A stretch of DNA of 63,535 nt, filler included, from Octopus bimaculoides (GCF_001194135.2; 5 parts of 5 records of this genome joined end to end with filler, not necessarily neighbours in it), one strand, 5' to 3'. Counted from the first letter of the whole stretch, positions 48,295 through 61,542 are shown. A program made the numbers and translations. The notes: a model not told the origin generated them from the sequence alone.

Positions 48295-49140
48295 ATGCCT
48301 TTCAGTTATGCTTCCGCGTCTCCCACGGAGAGAACTTTGTTGACTGGACATAGTGAACAACATGGCTGCCACCGTTTGAAGAACTGTCGCCAAGCAGTTC
48401 TGTGGATTTCAGTTCTGTGGATTTTCTTCGTATACTTTTCGGCCGTCTTGCCTCTCTTTCCAACGAAAACCACCGTTGGTTTGGGTACAGTGACAAGTCT
48501 GATGAGCCTTCTATTTCTGACAACATTTTTCGTCACGAAATTGACCGACCCCGTTGATCCGGTGTCTCGCATTGGCAGTTCAATGCCGAACGGAGAACCT
48601 GTTGAATCGTCAGCACTTTTGAAAGTCGCCATAAAATATGATGAAGACCTTCGTTACTGCGCCAAGTGCGGCACTTACGTGTGTGGATCGTCCTACCACT
48701 GCCCAATCTGTCAGAAATGTGTCCTCCTCTTTGATCATCATTGTATTTGGCTGAATAATTGTATCGGAAGCCGCAACTACGCCTGTTTCATTCTTAGTTC
48801 CAGCTCAGCTTTCATTCTGTCTGCTACAGTTTTTACCAGCACTCTGGTTATTATGTCGGAGCGTATCCATTCTATCCTGTTAGTCGGTTGGTGGAAATTT
48901 ATGTGCCGTTACGCCACTGAGCGCAATTCTTTACCCACCTTCGAAATTCTCTTCATTCGCTGTCGACCTGACGTCTGGTTAGCACTGGTATGTGCCACCG
49001 AGATCTTGGTTTTCGTTATAATGATTCTCCTTCTGTGTTTGATTGTCTTCCACTTTTATTTGATGTGCCACAACACGACCACGCTGGAGTACATACGTCA
49101 GACACGTAACTATCCGGTTCGTGCTCTTTGGGATACATGA
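48295..49140 (+). CDS. DHHC-type palmitoyltransferase (ZDHHC1/11-like), intronless
   Basis: First ATG at 48295 (the track starts at TTG 48289), 281 aa. Two TM segments, then YCAKC..YHCPICQKCVLLFDHHCIWLNNCIGSRNY, two more TM segments and FHFYLM..NTTTLEYI (TTxE motif). Confidence 0.92.
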   Translation: MPFSYASASPTERTLLTGHSEQHGCHRLKNCRQAVLWISVLWIFFVYFSAVLPLFPTKTTVGLGTVTSLMSLLFLTTFFVTKLTDPVDPVSRIGSSMPNGEPVESSALLKVAIKYDEDLRYCAKCGTYVCGSSYHCPICQKCVLLFDHHCIWLNNCIGSRNYACFILSSSSAFILSATVFTSTLVIMSERIHSILLVGWWKFMCRYATERNSLPTFEILFIRCRPDVWLALVCATEILVFVIMILLLCLIVFHFYLMCHNTTTLEYIRQTRNYPVRALWDT

Positions 49141-51260
49141 CCTGGTCGAAAAGAAAAACCGATACACGAAAGATACAAGATATATGCCGTCATCTTTTTC
49201 TTTGGCTCTGGTTTGTGTATTTATTCCTCTCTAATATTCCACACAATAATTGTTGTTCCAGATAATTAAAACAATTTATCTCTTTTCTTAAGAATTTACT
49301 TCTTTCGATTTAATGAGGAACAAAATTAAAATTTATTATACGGAAACCCTAAAAACGAAATCCAGATTTAATTCCAGGAATATCTTTACTCAAACAGTAA
49401 TTCTTTCTCAAATTCTTCCACCAAATATCTTTGGTTTCTAACAAGGAATTTTATAAACCAAATTACTTTGGGACATTTCTTTTCTTGCTTACATTGTTAC
49501 ATGATTTTGTTTTCTTTTTTTTATTCCGAATAAAATGGCAAATATTTTCAAATTTAGAAATAGTTTAGCATTTACTTAAATTCTATTTGCTGCCATTATT
49601 ATTATTATTAAGGCGGTGAGCTGCTGGCGGAATCGTTAGCACGCCAGGCGAAATACTTAGCGGTATTTCGTCTGCCGCTACGTTCTGAGTTCAAATTTCG
49701 CCGAGGTCGACTTTGGGATCGATTAAACAAGTACCAGTTACGCAAATTTGAGGCCTTGTGCTTTCAGTAGAATGGATTATTATTATAATATGTGGTCGAT
49801 TTGCAGAATTAAGTCTGGGACATCGAAGAGTCTAACAGTCCTCATATTTATTCTTTGTGCTGATTCCAACAGCATAAATATCCATATACCTGTACTTAAA
49901 ACCGCTATTAATATTTCGGTGCGAAAGCACCTGGAAGGAAGCATTAACATTTAAACAAGTCCATGAAAATATTTGGCAAGATCTGAAGAACAAAAGAATG
50001 CAACAACACTATTTCTGTGAGTTTTTGCTTATGTAAATTAATTATTAACTGTGTGTGTAACTTAATGGCTTTTATGAATCGTATGAAGACAAATATCTAT
50101 TGATGTTTTCATAGAATTTTGTTAGTTCTATGCTCTCTGTTAAATGTTTTCTATTTGCACCCAGTCTCAGCTTTATGGTTTTGGATTTGCCAACAGAACG
50201 AATTTTTTTTGATGGCCAGATTCTTTCAAGACATTCAAAACCACAAATAGAATACATTTTGCTTCCAAAGTTAGACAGACGTAAAAATATTTGAGTATTC
50301 GTAAAGAAACGAAAATACCAATATACGAAAAGAAAGAAAAAAAACAAACCTCAATCGTTTTTGTTTTTCTTCTCTTTGCTTATTTTCCATTCGTTTACTT
50401 CTTGTGCAGTACATATATATTGGTTTCAAGCAATTTCCACGGATGGGTAAAGTCGATTACTCAACTGCTACTTATCTTATCCATCCTGAAAGGAATAAAA
50501 GCAAAGTCGACCTCGTCGGAATTTTAACTCTGAATATAAAAACGGACGAAATACCGCAAGGCATTTTGCTTGGCCTCCTGCTAACGATTCTGGCAGCTCG
50601 TAAATATTAACGTTTAGTTTTGAAATTTGTACAGAATTTCATTCATGACTTCAGGTGTATCTCTTATATAATGGTTGATTCTTGAACTCACTTTGTCATT
50701 TTAGAGGTTTAATATTTTTTTTAAAGTAGATTTTCGGTGCTACAGTTGCCTTTAAAAAAATTTTTTTTTTTTTACTCTTTAATCAAATATTTGACAAGAA
50801 ATGGTAATTGCTAATTCGCAAGGAAATTTGATTTAAGTAAAATAGTTTAGTTTTTCATCAAAACTGTGATTTGGTCCAAAGTTATGAAATTTGCAATATT
50901 TACACTTTACACCCGTCTCACCTTCAGTGGTTGGGGTTTATCTAAAAAATGAGTGATTTCCGACGATTTTGATACACAGATTCCTTCAAAAACCCATGAA
51001 AAATCGTAGGAAAAACACAAATTTCATCTTCAAAGTGAGACATGTGGAACAGCAAAAAATTTACATCATAGAACTGGTAGTTTGTGTAAACTTATTCAAT
51101 TTTTTTTCTATGATACAACTACAATTAACGAACATTTAAATTAATATATTTTCCATGAAAACTTATCGGAATATTAAACATACGGTCTGCGGTAGTATTT
51201 GGTCAACCCGCGCCTCTTTCGGCTCAATTTTATAAAGCGAAACTTTTTCATTTTTAATTA

Positions 51261-51360
51261 NNNNNNNNNNNNNNNNNNNNNNNNNNNNNNNNNNNNNNNN
51301 NNNNTTAATTAATTAANNNNNNNNNNNNNNNNNNNNNNNNNNNNNNNNNNNNNNNNNNNN
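51261..51360. other. Artificial scaffold-join spacer
   Basis: 44 N + TTAATTAATTAA (51305-51316) + 44 N. Confidence 0.97.
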
Positions 51361-52080
51361 GTTTCGTTCAACATCCTTAAACAACCCTTATTCAGGGACT
51401 TTTTGAGCAGGATGGGCTACTCGACCTGAAGAAAATTCTAACTGGGCCCCACCTGCAAGGTTATGTGCTGTTTATCTTGATATGAGATCAACATATTGTG
51501 CACATATGGTTGTGATGCATGTGCCTGGTGTACCCTCATCAGACGGGTAGTCATGATGGATATACTGGGCTTCATATCAGGCAGGTAGTCTTGATGGGCT
51601 TTGTATATTTTACACCAGTGTCACTCTGATGGCATGCACTATTCTCACCAGTGTCACTCTGATGTCATGCACTATTCTCTCACTCAATGATAATAATTAT
51701 AGCTTCAAATTTTGGCACAAAGCCAGTAATTTAAGGGGAGGAGTGAGTTGATTACATTGACTCCAGTGCTCAACTAGTACTTATTTTATCGACCCCAAGA
51801 GGAAGAAAGGCAAAGTTGACCTTAGTGAAATTGAACTCAGAACATTGAAAACAGATGAAATAATGCTAAGCATTTTGCCTGGCATGCTACTGATTCTGCT
51901 AACTTGCAGCTCTAATCATAATAGTAGTAATAATAATGGTTTCAAATGTTGGCACAAGGCCAACGAGTTCAGGGGAGGGGTTAAGTCGATTACATTGACC
52001 TAGTGCACAACTGGTACTTATATCAACCCCAAAAAGAACATCAGAATTAGAATGTACTCACACTTTTAAAAATAAAGAAA

Positions 52081-52330
52081 ACTGGTGGAACACCTGAGTA
52101 GAACAGCATTCTGGTGTATGAATAACATAAGAGAGAGATAGAGAGAGATATTGTTCTGTGTAACAAGGAGCAATATCATGCACTGTTATAGAGATCAGCC
52201 ACCCAGTAGATTTAAATGTCTCGTAAAAAACTGGGAAAAGGAGAACTTATATGAAGAACTAGTGAAAAACCTACAGTTCTTACATCAAGGCTACAGAATT
52301 TCACTTGTACCTTTTATCAATGGCCTATGT
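52081..52330 (+). mobile_element. RLE-type (R4/NeSL-like) non-LTR retrotransposon endonuclease remnant
   Basis: Stitched frames NWWNT.. / DIVLCNKEQ / CTVIEISHPVDLNVS*K / WEKENLYEELVKNLQFLHQGYRISLVPFING, matching the (RP)DIV...IE(I/V)S.P.D.N...EK...Y..L....vPxxxG PD-(D/E)xK pattern. Confidence 0.75.
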
Positions 52331-53148
52331 AACAATAGATCTACAAAAGTATTCAGAAATGTTGTGGTCCTCCAAAAGACAACAGAGCAAATTGATTCAC
52401 TTTTTCCAAATACAATTGATTGGAAGTAAAGTGAAGATTTGTAAAACATTCCAGGGATTGTCCATTTGAGGTTCCTGAGCTGAACACATGCACACAATCA
52501 CATATACATATGGAAAATACACATATGTGCATAAATAGTGATGAGATACCCAACTGTGTACTAAAGTAACACACACACCTACACAAGTACACGTTTGTCC
52601 ATGCACACACACACACACACACACACACATTAAATTATCAGTCTTAACCAATAAAACTTTAACGAGCTCTACAGACATAACATGGCTCACAAAAACTCTA
52701 AATAGTATGGATGTTTTGTCTTTTATTATTTTTCTATCTTTTTACTTTAAGGAGTATGGTGTAGTATGCTGTAATTGCTCCTTGGTGTAAATGTATGGTG
52801 AGCCTTTTTAAACTATATCACCTACACTGGTTTATACAGATTGGATTATATATGCCAAGAATGTTATGTTGCCTGATGCTGTATAAATTGGGTCTTAACA
52901 TGTGAAGAATTTAACGTGGCAAGGTGACAGACTCATTAACATGCTGCTCAAAATGCTTAGCAGCATTTCATCCATATTTACAGTCTGAGTTCAAATTTTG
53001 TCATGGTTGACTTCACCTTTCATCCTTTTGTATCAGTGGGATCAATTACATCCCCCAAAATTGCTGGCCTTGTGACAAAATTTGAAACCAACATATGAAA
53101 AACTGGTAAACTAAGGAAGTTATAAATTGTGTTTTTTTCTTCTTTCAG

Positions 53149-53326
53149 TTCAACATATTTATTCCAATATCATTTTTGATCGCAGTAGCATTCCTTCTTA
53201 TCATCCCATTTGTTGCGGCACCAAGAGAAGCTAGTATAGGACTTATAATAACTCTGTCTGGAATACCTGTCTACTATTTGGGAGTCATATGGAAGTCAAA
53301 ACCTGAATTTTTCCAGAAAGCTATAA
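53149..53326 (+). CDS. SLC7 L-type amino acid transporter light chain, penultimate exon
   Basis: TTTTTTTCTTCTTTCAG| acceptor and |GTAAGA donor. FNIFIPISFLIAVAFLLIIPFVAAPREASIGLIITLSGIPVYYLGVIWKSKPEFFQKAI resembles the last TMs of SLC7A5-9 (..P.E..IG..I.LSG.PVY..GV.WK.KP). Confidence 0.93.
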
Positions 53327-55247
53327 GTAAGAAAAACAATTATATTACATATATATATATATATCCTTGGTTTATTTTTGTATCATATTAATCTTTTATA
53401 ATTGGTAAATTCAGATAAAAATTGTTGAGATATAAAAAAATTATAGGTTTATACATTAAAGATGTTAAATCTGCTTGTAAAAGACTTAAACCAAGTTAGA
53501 AATAGCAATATTTTGTAGGAAGGTAACCTCTTGAGGGCTTAATTTTTACAGAGAAAATTCCTTTTGGCTAATAAGCAAAATAGCAATGAAATTCCCTTTG
53601 AAATTGTTTTATATTATACCTTGCAGTTTTATTCAACCTTTGTCTTTAGTTTCCCTTAAATTATCAATATAAATTGCTATAATAAAAAAAGAGAAATGAG
53701 AGAAGACAAAGAGCTAAAAGAGATTAAGATACAGAATATGCTAAGACAGACTATCTATAATTTCCTTGAACTTTAGGGGGTTTTTTATTGTTGTTTTTAT
53801 TGGCACTGTTTTGGGGGTTTTTCCCCCTATTTTTCAGTGTTTGTCATACTTTGATAGTCATGATTTCTCAAATCCACAAATTTGTTGATGAGCAATATTG
53901 TGAAAAAAATCCAGGTGATCACCTCAATAGTACTTTATACAGGTGGTACATTGTGTTCTTGAGCAAAACACTTCATTTCACATAGCTCTGTGATTGCTTT
54001 GACACCCAACTCATGGTACACTATGCACCTGTTCAGACGTTGATTTAATGGAGAGAGTGAGTTGATGTGCATCACAAATATGTGATCACTAAACAAATCA
54101 TCTGTGCAAAGCTGAATACTCATATGCTATCTTCGAGAGGAGAGTCCATCATACATACACACACACACACACACACATACATATATATTATATAAATATA
54201 TGGATGATACAGTCCACCACCTCAGGCAGTCAGAAAACCCCACAGATCCAAGATCCTCTCAACTATTTTTCTCTGATCTACAGGTGCTTACTCTGACCAA
54301 TTTTCACCATAATCCCCCACCTTTTGATATATTTACAGGAGGAAATCACTTTTCTCTCTACCCCAATTTTCTCCCCAACTGGACCTTGAGAAAATTGGTG
54401 AGAATTTCACTAAAGTGGAAAGTATCTATTCTCAGGCCTTAATAATAAAAATAGTCGTCATTTTATTGCTTGCTTTCTCTACCATGCAAATGAGCACAGT
54501 TCCATGTACCTATCAGGATGGGCATTGCTTGAAACAAGAATTATTTTCAATTAACAAACAGTTCAGGTTTTAGTTTCCCTTGTCTTTATAAATCCTTTAT
54601 TTCATTCACTATTGGCAATTATAAGGTTTGTGAAGATTGCTTCACATAAGAAAGTACCACAGCTGAATGTATTACACTATTTAGCTCTGTTATGTGCTCA
54701 AATTCCATTGGGATTGACTGTACCTTTTTTCTACCATGAATCAACAAATTAAGTACCACCAGTACACTGATAAAACATAAATACACTCATCTTCTTGACC
54801 AAATAGCCTTGTGCCTAAGTAAAACAGCAAAGATCCTCTTAACTCATGAAAGTTCCCTGCCGAGGCACAAATCCAGGCAAGGTTGTTTTATGGAAGACCA
54901 GCAGTCATCCATGCACACCAGCCTCCCCTTTCCATGCTACTAATGTTTTCCAAGGGAAAGGCAAAGGCTAATACAGCTTGGCACTAGTGATGTTGTGACT
55001 CGTTTCTACAGCTGTGTAAACTGGAGCAACGTGAAATAAGATGTCTTGCTTAAGAACACAACACACAGCCCAGTCAGGGAATCAAGCTCACTACCTCACA
55101 ATTGTGAGCCTGACACTCTAACCACTGAGCCATGCACCTTCACTCTGCCTACTTTCCTATGGTGCCTAAGTAGGAAATTAATATCAGTTAAAATATACTA
55201 CTTTCCTTTTCTTATTATTTTTATTCATTTTCTTTTTTTCTTTTCAG

Positions 55248-55306
55248 CTTATATAACAAAGCAGTTACAGAAGACATTTTTGGTTGTTCCTTCTGACAAA
55301 TCATAA
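55248..55306 (+). CDS. SLC7 transporter terminal exon
   Basis: TTTTTTTCTTTTCAG| acceptor; phase 1 joins the previous exon to give TYITKQLQKTFLVVPSDKS*, matching the QK...VVP C-terminus of LAT-family proteins. Confidence 0.82.
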
Positions 55307-57558
55307 CAATTTCATCCATTAATATTAACTTCCATTTCTATCAAATGTTTCATTTAATACAGTTTTTTGGGGATGGGACAAAAAAAAGGAGAAGAAACGA
55401 AAACGAAATGGTATGACATTAGTGTCCAAGAAGTCATTAATTTCAGTGATTATTATTAGTTATTGCTAACTCCACCACTTTTTCTTTTTGTTTTTTAACT
55501 CCTGATCCTTGCTTTATCTTACCAAACCAGCAATAGTTTCAGATTGGACACTAACTGCACTTAACTCGTCTTTTGATAAGATGAAGTTTTTTGAAACATG
55601 TTATGGAGACTGCACACCAATTACATATCCTCAGAAAAAAGACAAAAATGAACTTTATCCTTATTAGATGCATCTTAAATTCTATTATAATGTAAGATAA
55701 TAATATCAGATATTTTTCTTTATCCATAAAGAAAACTTTGTGTAATGTAAAAACTGTGCATATTAAACATCATAAAAAAAGAAACAAACACATCCTGAGA
55801 GAAACACATTTTTGTTTTGTTTTGTTTTTTCTTTTAATTTATAATGTTTTATTTTGCAAAGTTGCAAAGTAAAATTTAATGAAAACTCATGTTGTAGTCG
55901 CTGCTATTGTTGTTGTTGTTGATGTTATTATTATTGTTGTTGCTGCTGCTGTTTAACCCCAAGTCAACCCAGATCAAACATACATATATGATTAATGGTA
56001 CTCCAACAGTAATAATTACATCATTATTTCCTTCAGGCATATTTTAATTTAATGTGTCCTTCCCCTTTTAAAACCGTAGAGTATGAGCTGAGGAAGGTTT
56101 AGCTTCCATTTCTAGTGAGCTGACAAATCACACTAAAGTTTCTTCCTTGGCTCATGGCTGATGTTTTTGTCATCAAAATGGTGGTGGTGGTGGTGAATAT
56201 GATTGCTTTTGAAGTGGTTGTAATTAGTAAAAACGATCAGTGAAATTGCTTGTAGATCCTGCATAAGTGATTACTCTTGATCTTGATGCTGCTCTTGTGA
56301 TGATGATGGTACTTGATATCATTGCAGCCAGTTTTCTTATTATTGAAATTGCTGCAGTTGCTGTTCTTATTATTGAAGTAGTTGTTATAGCTGTTTAGCT
56401 ACAGGTCAGCCCAGATCAATCAGACCCTATAATCAAAGGCATCCCAGCTATGATAATCCTGGGTTTTGCTCAACTAAACCTTTCAGGATGACTCGAGCAT
56501 GGCTACAGTCCAATGAGTGAAACAAGTGAAAAATACAAGATCAAACATTCCAGGCATGACCACACCATATTATTCAAACAGTAAATACAAGACAACATTA
56601 TCCAATGTATCCTTCCTTTTTAAAATAGCCAGTTGAGATAGAAAGAAGATTTCACCAGTGGCACATAAAAAGCACCTTTCAAGTGTTGGGCCTCATGAAG
56701 GCAATGTGGTCGATGCCAGTGTTGTGTAATTAGCACCTGTGCCAGTGGCACATAAAGAGCACCTTTGAGTGTTGGGCCTCACAGAGGCAATGACAAATGA
56801 CCAAGATCTTTAGCAATATGCTATGCTTGAGCAGAAGACCCATCAAGCCAAGTGAAATCGTAGTCATAGCAGATACTGGCACCCATGCCAGTGGCACATA
56901 AAAGCAGCCATTACAATCTCAGAGAGTGGTTGGTTTTAGGAAGGGCATCCAGTTGTAGAAACCATGCCAAATCAGACTGTAGTCTGATGCAGCCCCTCAG
57001 CTTGACAGCCCTGATCAAACTATCCAACCCATGCCAGCATGGACAACGGACGTTAAATGTTGATGATGATGATGATGATGACGATGATGATGATCTAGCA
57101 AATTGACTGATCACACAGGAACCTTTTTCATTGGTTTACTCTATAAGCTGTAACAAAATCAACTTTGAATGCTATGCTTTCAGAAAATATCTCTATTATT
57201 TCATATCTATTTTACCATATACAACTGGACTGCAAAGGTTAACCAGTCAGTTAATTCACATTATATCCCAGTCTCTAGCTAGCTACCATGTCAAGAGTAT
57301 CTTATGTGATTTAGCATCCCAAGATATATTCTGACAATATCTTAGAGCCATATAATCCATACTGTTTCCTTCAATAGCTGATTAAATCAGACTTTTCTGT
57401 GGAGCTTACTTAGTTCACTAATCCATATTTATCTATCTATCTAGCAATTTCTCTCTCTCTCTACACACACACATGCATATATATATATATATATATACAT
57501 ACACCCATATATATATATATACATACACACATATATATATACATATACACACATACCC

Positions 57559-57592
<34 letters not shown>

Positions 57593-57602
57593 TTATGTGT
57601 TA

Positions 57603-57702
57603 NNNNNNNNNNNNNNNNNNNNNNNNNNNNNNNNNNNNNNNNNNNNTTAATTAATTAANNNNNNNNNNNNNNNNNNNNNNNNNNNNNNNNNNNNNNNNNN
57701 NN
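57603..57702. other. Artificial scaffold-join spacer
   Basis: 44 N + TTAATTAATTAA (57647-57658) + 44 N. Confidence 0.97.
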
Positions 57703-58532
57703 TATATATACATATATATAAATGTATGTATATGTTATGTATTATTACACAACCAAGTATTCAATCAAAAGTATTCCATCAACTAAAGAAACATGCATAA
57801 AATTTCGAGAATCATTTGGGAATAAGTCCTAAATTGCCATAAGCATAGCCAGCTATTCTGTTTAGAAAAAAATACAACAATATTAGATAAAACAAATATC
57901 ATATATTAAAAATAAACTTAAGCCTTAACTTCCTTCATGCAGAACTGCTAAGCTGTATGGAAAATATTTTCCTCAAATAACATAGGAAATGTAATGATAA
58001 AGCCTGATCAAGTAATCTCGATGTTCTTTACTCTTTATTAATAAAATGATGCAGAAACCAACATCTAAATTAAAGTGTGATAAATATTCAAATATTTAAA
58101 TGAAATGAGATAAAAACTAAATACGCAAAATTTAAATGGCTTAACTATAAACCGAGACAATAATAGCTGACTAAAAAAAGTTTTAAAAAGTTAGAGGTTA
58201 CCGATATTATTTAAATCGAATATAATATATATGCACATGGTTGTTTGTTCTGTCTGTTTTGAGCATAATTTTGCATGGTAAACAAACATTTATCGAAGGA
58301 TCCCTCGGCACATTTAACCAGATGATGAAATATCTTTATACATAATTTTAATTAGAACAAGATGCCATATAAAGTTACAAATGAAAGGCACACATTTGCT
58401 ATCTAAACCTTGAAGAAAACGTGACTTTAATGGTAAACCCAGAGTTGCAACAACCTAACTTATTTTTTATGAAGAATTAAGTTCATATATGTGAATAATC
58501 TTATGTATATGTGTTTGTATGTATGTATGTGT

Positions 58533-58565
<33 letters not shown>

Positions 58566-60240
58566 NNNNNNNNNNNNNNNNNNNNNNNNNNNNNNNNNNN
58601 NNNNNNNNNNNNNNNNNNNNNNNNNNNNNNNNNNNNNNNNNNNNNNNNNNNNNNNNNNNNNNNNNNNNNNNNNNNNNNNNNNNNNNNNNNNNNNNNNNNN
58701 NNNNNNNNNNNNNNNNNNNNNNNNNNNNNNNNNNNNNNNNNNNNNNNNNNNNNNNNNNNNNNNNNNNNNNNNNNNNNNNNNNNNNNNNNNNNNNNNNNNN
58801 NNNNNNNNNNNNNNNNNNNNNNNNNNNNNNNNNNNNNNNNNNNNNNNNNNNNNNNNNNNNNNNNNNNNNNNNNNNNNNNNNNNNNNNNNNNNNNNNNNNN
58901 NNNNNNNNNNNNNNNNNNNNNNNNNNNNNNNNNNNNNNNNNNNNNNNNNNNNNNNNNNNNNNNNNNNNNNNNNNNNNNNNNNNNNNNNNNNNNNNNNNNN
59001 NNNNNNNNNNNNNNNNNNNNNNNNNNNNNNNNNNNATATATATATATATATAAAAAAATAAATATATAGATATAGATATAGATGTATAGATGTAAATATC
59101 TTCGCTGATATATGCTATGAATTTCCTTCTTTCTCTACGTTAGAGAAGTTTATTTCTGGTCTAATAAAAATCAGCTATCTTGTACAATAAGCCTATATTG
59201 GTTTTGCTTCGGAATTTAAATTGCAAAGAAATAATGTGTTCATTCGTTTCTTTTATAATCGTCTCATAAACTCTTTTAACAATTCCATCAAAGCCAATTA
59301 AACACCGAAATGCTAATGTATACCACTATGTCAATACAAAATATAAACTTTTCTGAGTACCCTTGGAACAATCCATTGACAAAAAAAATCACCTGCACAT
59401 CTACGATAATATTATATCTACATAATAAAGATGACGTATTGCAAATTGAGTATGAATATTTACCTAAAACATACAGTAATATTGTATCCTGGTTTATGTC
59501 AGATAAAATAAAATGCACATTTTGTCTTCATGATTATAGCCTACGATATTATCTTCCTAGACTCGCACTTAGTCTTCAACATTTTAAAATCATTTCATTT
59601 GTATATTTTACCAACAATCTATTTATAACAAATTTTGCTTTGAACCTTCTTTTTCTTCAGTTGTATTACAGAGGAATGTATTTAAAATTTCCAAATTAGA
59701 TTCGAAAACTAGTGTTTAATATTTCTATTCAACATACTGGAGTTAACATATTTATCTCGTTCAACATACTGCACACATAATACAGGCCAACGAAATCATC
59801 TTAAGAATAGATATTATATAAGAGAAATTAAAAGGGAGAACAATGCCAGTTGATATGTTGATGCATAACGTAATTTATCTAATTACATCTAAGTAGATCT
59901 ATGTATTTCAACTGATACATCCAAACGAGAGTCGTGCAGTTTGATGAAATAAGTTTACCTTTTTGATGTTATAAATTCCATTATGGAACAATGACCGTAT
60001 TATCCAAACTTAACGTTCACAACAAATTAATTTTATCGATGGAAACATACATGCACTAATCTGTTTTCCATCAAATAACAAATATTATTTTTGTAATATT
60101 CCTTAAGATCATTCAGTTACATCAGTAAGTTATCTAAACTAATGCACTTATGCAATAAAGGGTCTATGATATCATTAGCTACGGTTCGAAATCAAATATC
60201 TGTACATTCGATTGATGTATATACATTTGAATACATACAC

Positions 60241-60281
<41 letters not shown>

Positions 60282-61356
60282 CATGTATACTAGATTCCTA
60301 AGACCTGACATTGTTGTAATAGCGCAAAAACCATAGCGTTATCGACGATAGTTGTTGATATGTTTTTCATGAAATCAATAAATATATATATTTAGTATCA
60401 ACTTAATTTCTTGATATTTGATTTTAAAAAAAATATTTCTCCTTACACATGTACTTCTCTCTCTTACCTCTTTTAGCAAGAATATCGCACGTAGAAAATA
60501 GAGAAATGTATAGAGGAAAAAAAGTCGCAGATTTGAAGGAAGAGAGTCCACAAGATATATAAGAGAAGATTTATGATTGATAATGTAAGGATAATGATAT
60601 ATAAGAAATCGAAAAGAAAGTATAGACGAAGTATATTTAGATGTGTAAGTGGTTGTAGGAGCGAAAAACTAATGAGTTCACTAAAGATGCGTCCAAGACA
60701 CTAAAGAATATAAATTAAGAGAGAATAAAGACCGAAAAAAGAACAAGAAAGATATCAGAGTATAAAAAACATAACGAGATGTAGCGAGATATGGAAGATT
60801 GTTTTCGAAGAGATGGTAAAGGGGAAGAAAAAAAGTAAAGATAGAAACACTGACCAAAGCTGAAAATCGTCGGAAAGTTGGTGAGTGAAGTCTTTGCTTG
60901 ATCGAATTTTTTGATAGAATTAGAGTATTTGTTAATTGGAGGGGGGAAAGGGAGGTAGCAGCAGAAAAAATCATAAGAAATAATTAGTAAATAAATCATA
61001 AAAAAATAATAAAAGACGGGCATAGAGACAGACCGAGACAGAGAGAGCGTAGAGATATATAGAGATAGATAGTAGTGAAAAAAAGAAATGGCAGAACAAA
61101 GAACTTGGACAGAGTGAGACAGGTTTACACCAGCGTCATGCATATTACTACAAATGTGTGAAAACAGAAAAAAATATGTACAAAAATACAAGAGAAACAA
61201 TCAAACTTTTTCAGTTATTTCTTCAATTTGGTTAATTGTTTGCTTTGTTTTCTCTTAATTTTTTTCGAATTTTATTTATTTATTTATAGTTTGTTTAGTT
61301 CTTTCTTTTATACGGTGGGTTAAAAACACAAGAAAATTAAACTAGACTCGACTGAC

Positions 61357-61542
61357 CTTTCGTAACAGGTGAAACTAACAAGAGATTCACCAACGCCGCC
61401 CCATGACCATGTCCGAACAGCGTCACCCTCTGCTTGTCGCCGTTGAAGCTCTCAATGTTTTCCTTCAGCCAATGTAACGCTGCGATTTGATCAAGTGTGG
61501 CGTAGTTACCAGAGGCAGTACCATCCCCCGTGCTCAAGAAAC
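61357..61542 (-). CDS. Neuroligin-like (non-catalytic carboxylesterase fold) internal exon
   Basis: TCTCTATTCTTCTAACAG| acceptor, AAG|GTCAGT donor, 186 nt, phase 1-1. (G)FLSTGDGTASGNYATLDQIAALHWLKENIESFNGDKQRVTLFGHGHGAALVNLLLVSPVTK(G) resembles the neuroligin GFLSTGD...GNYGLLDQI.AL.W...I..FGGD..RVT.FG.G.GA exon. Confidence 0.92.

Noticed and set aside
59310-59699. 129-aa ORF
   Set aside because: Very AT-rich, I/F/L/N/Y-biased, no motif or convincing splice context; consistent with chance.
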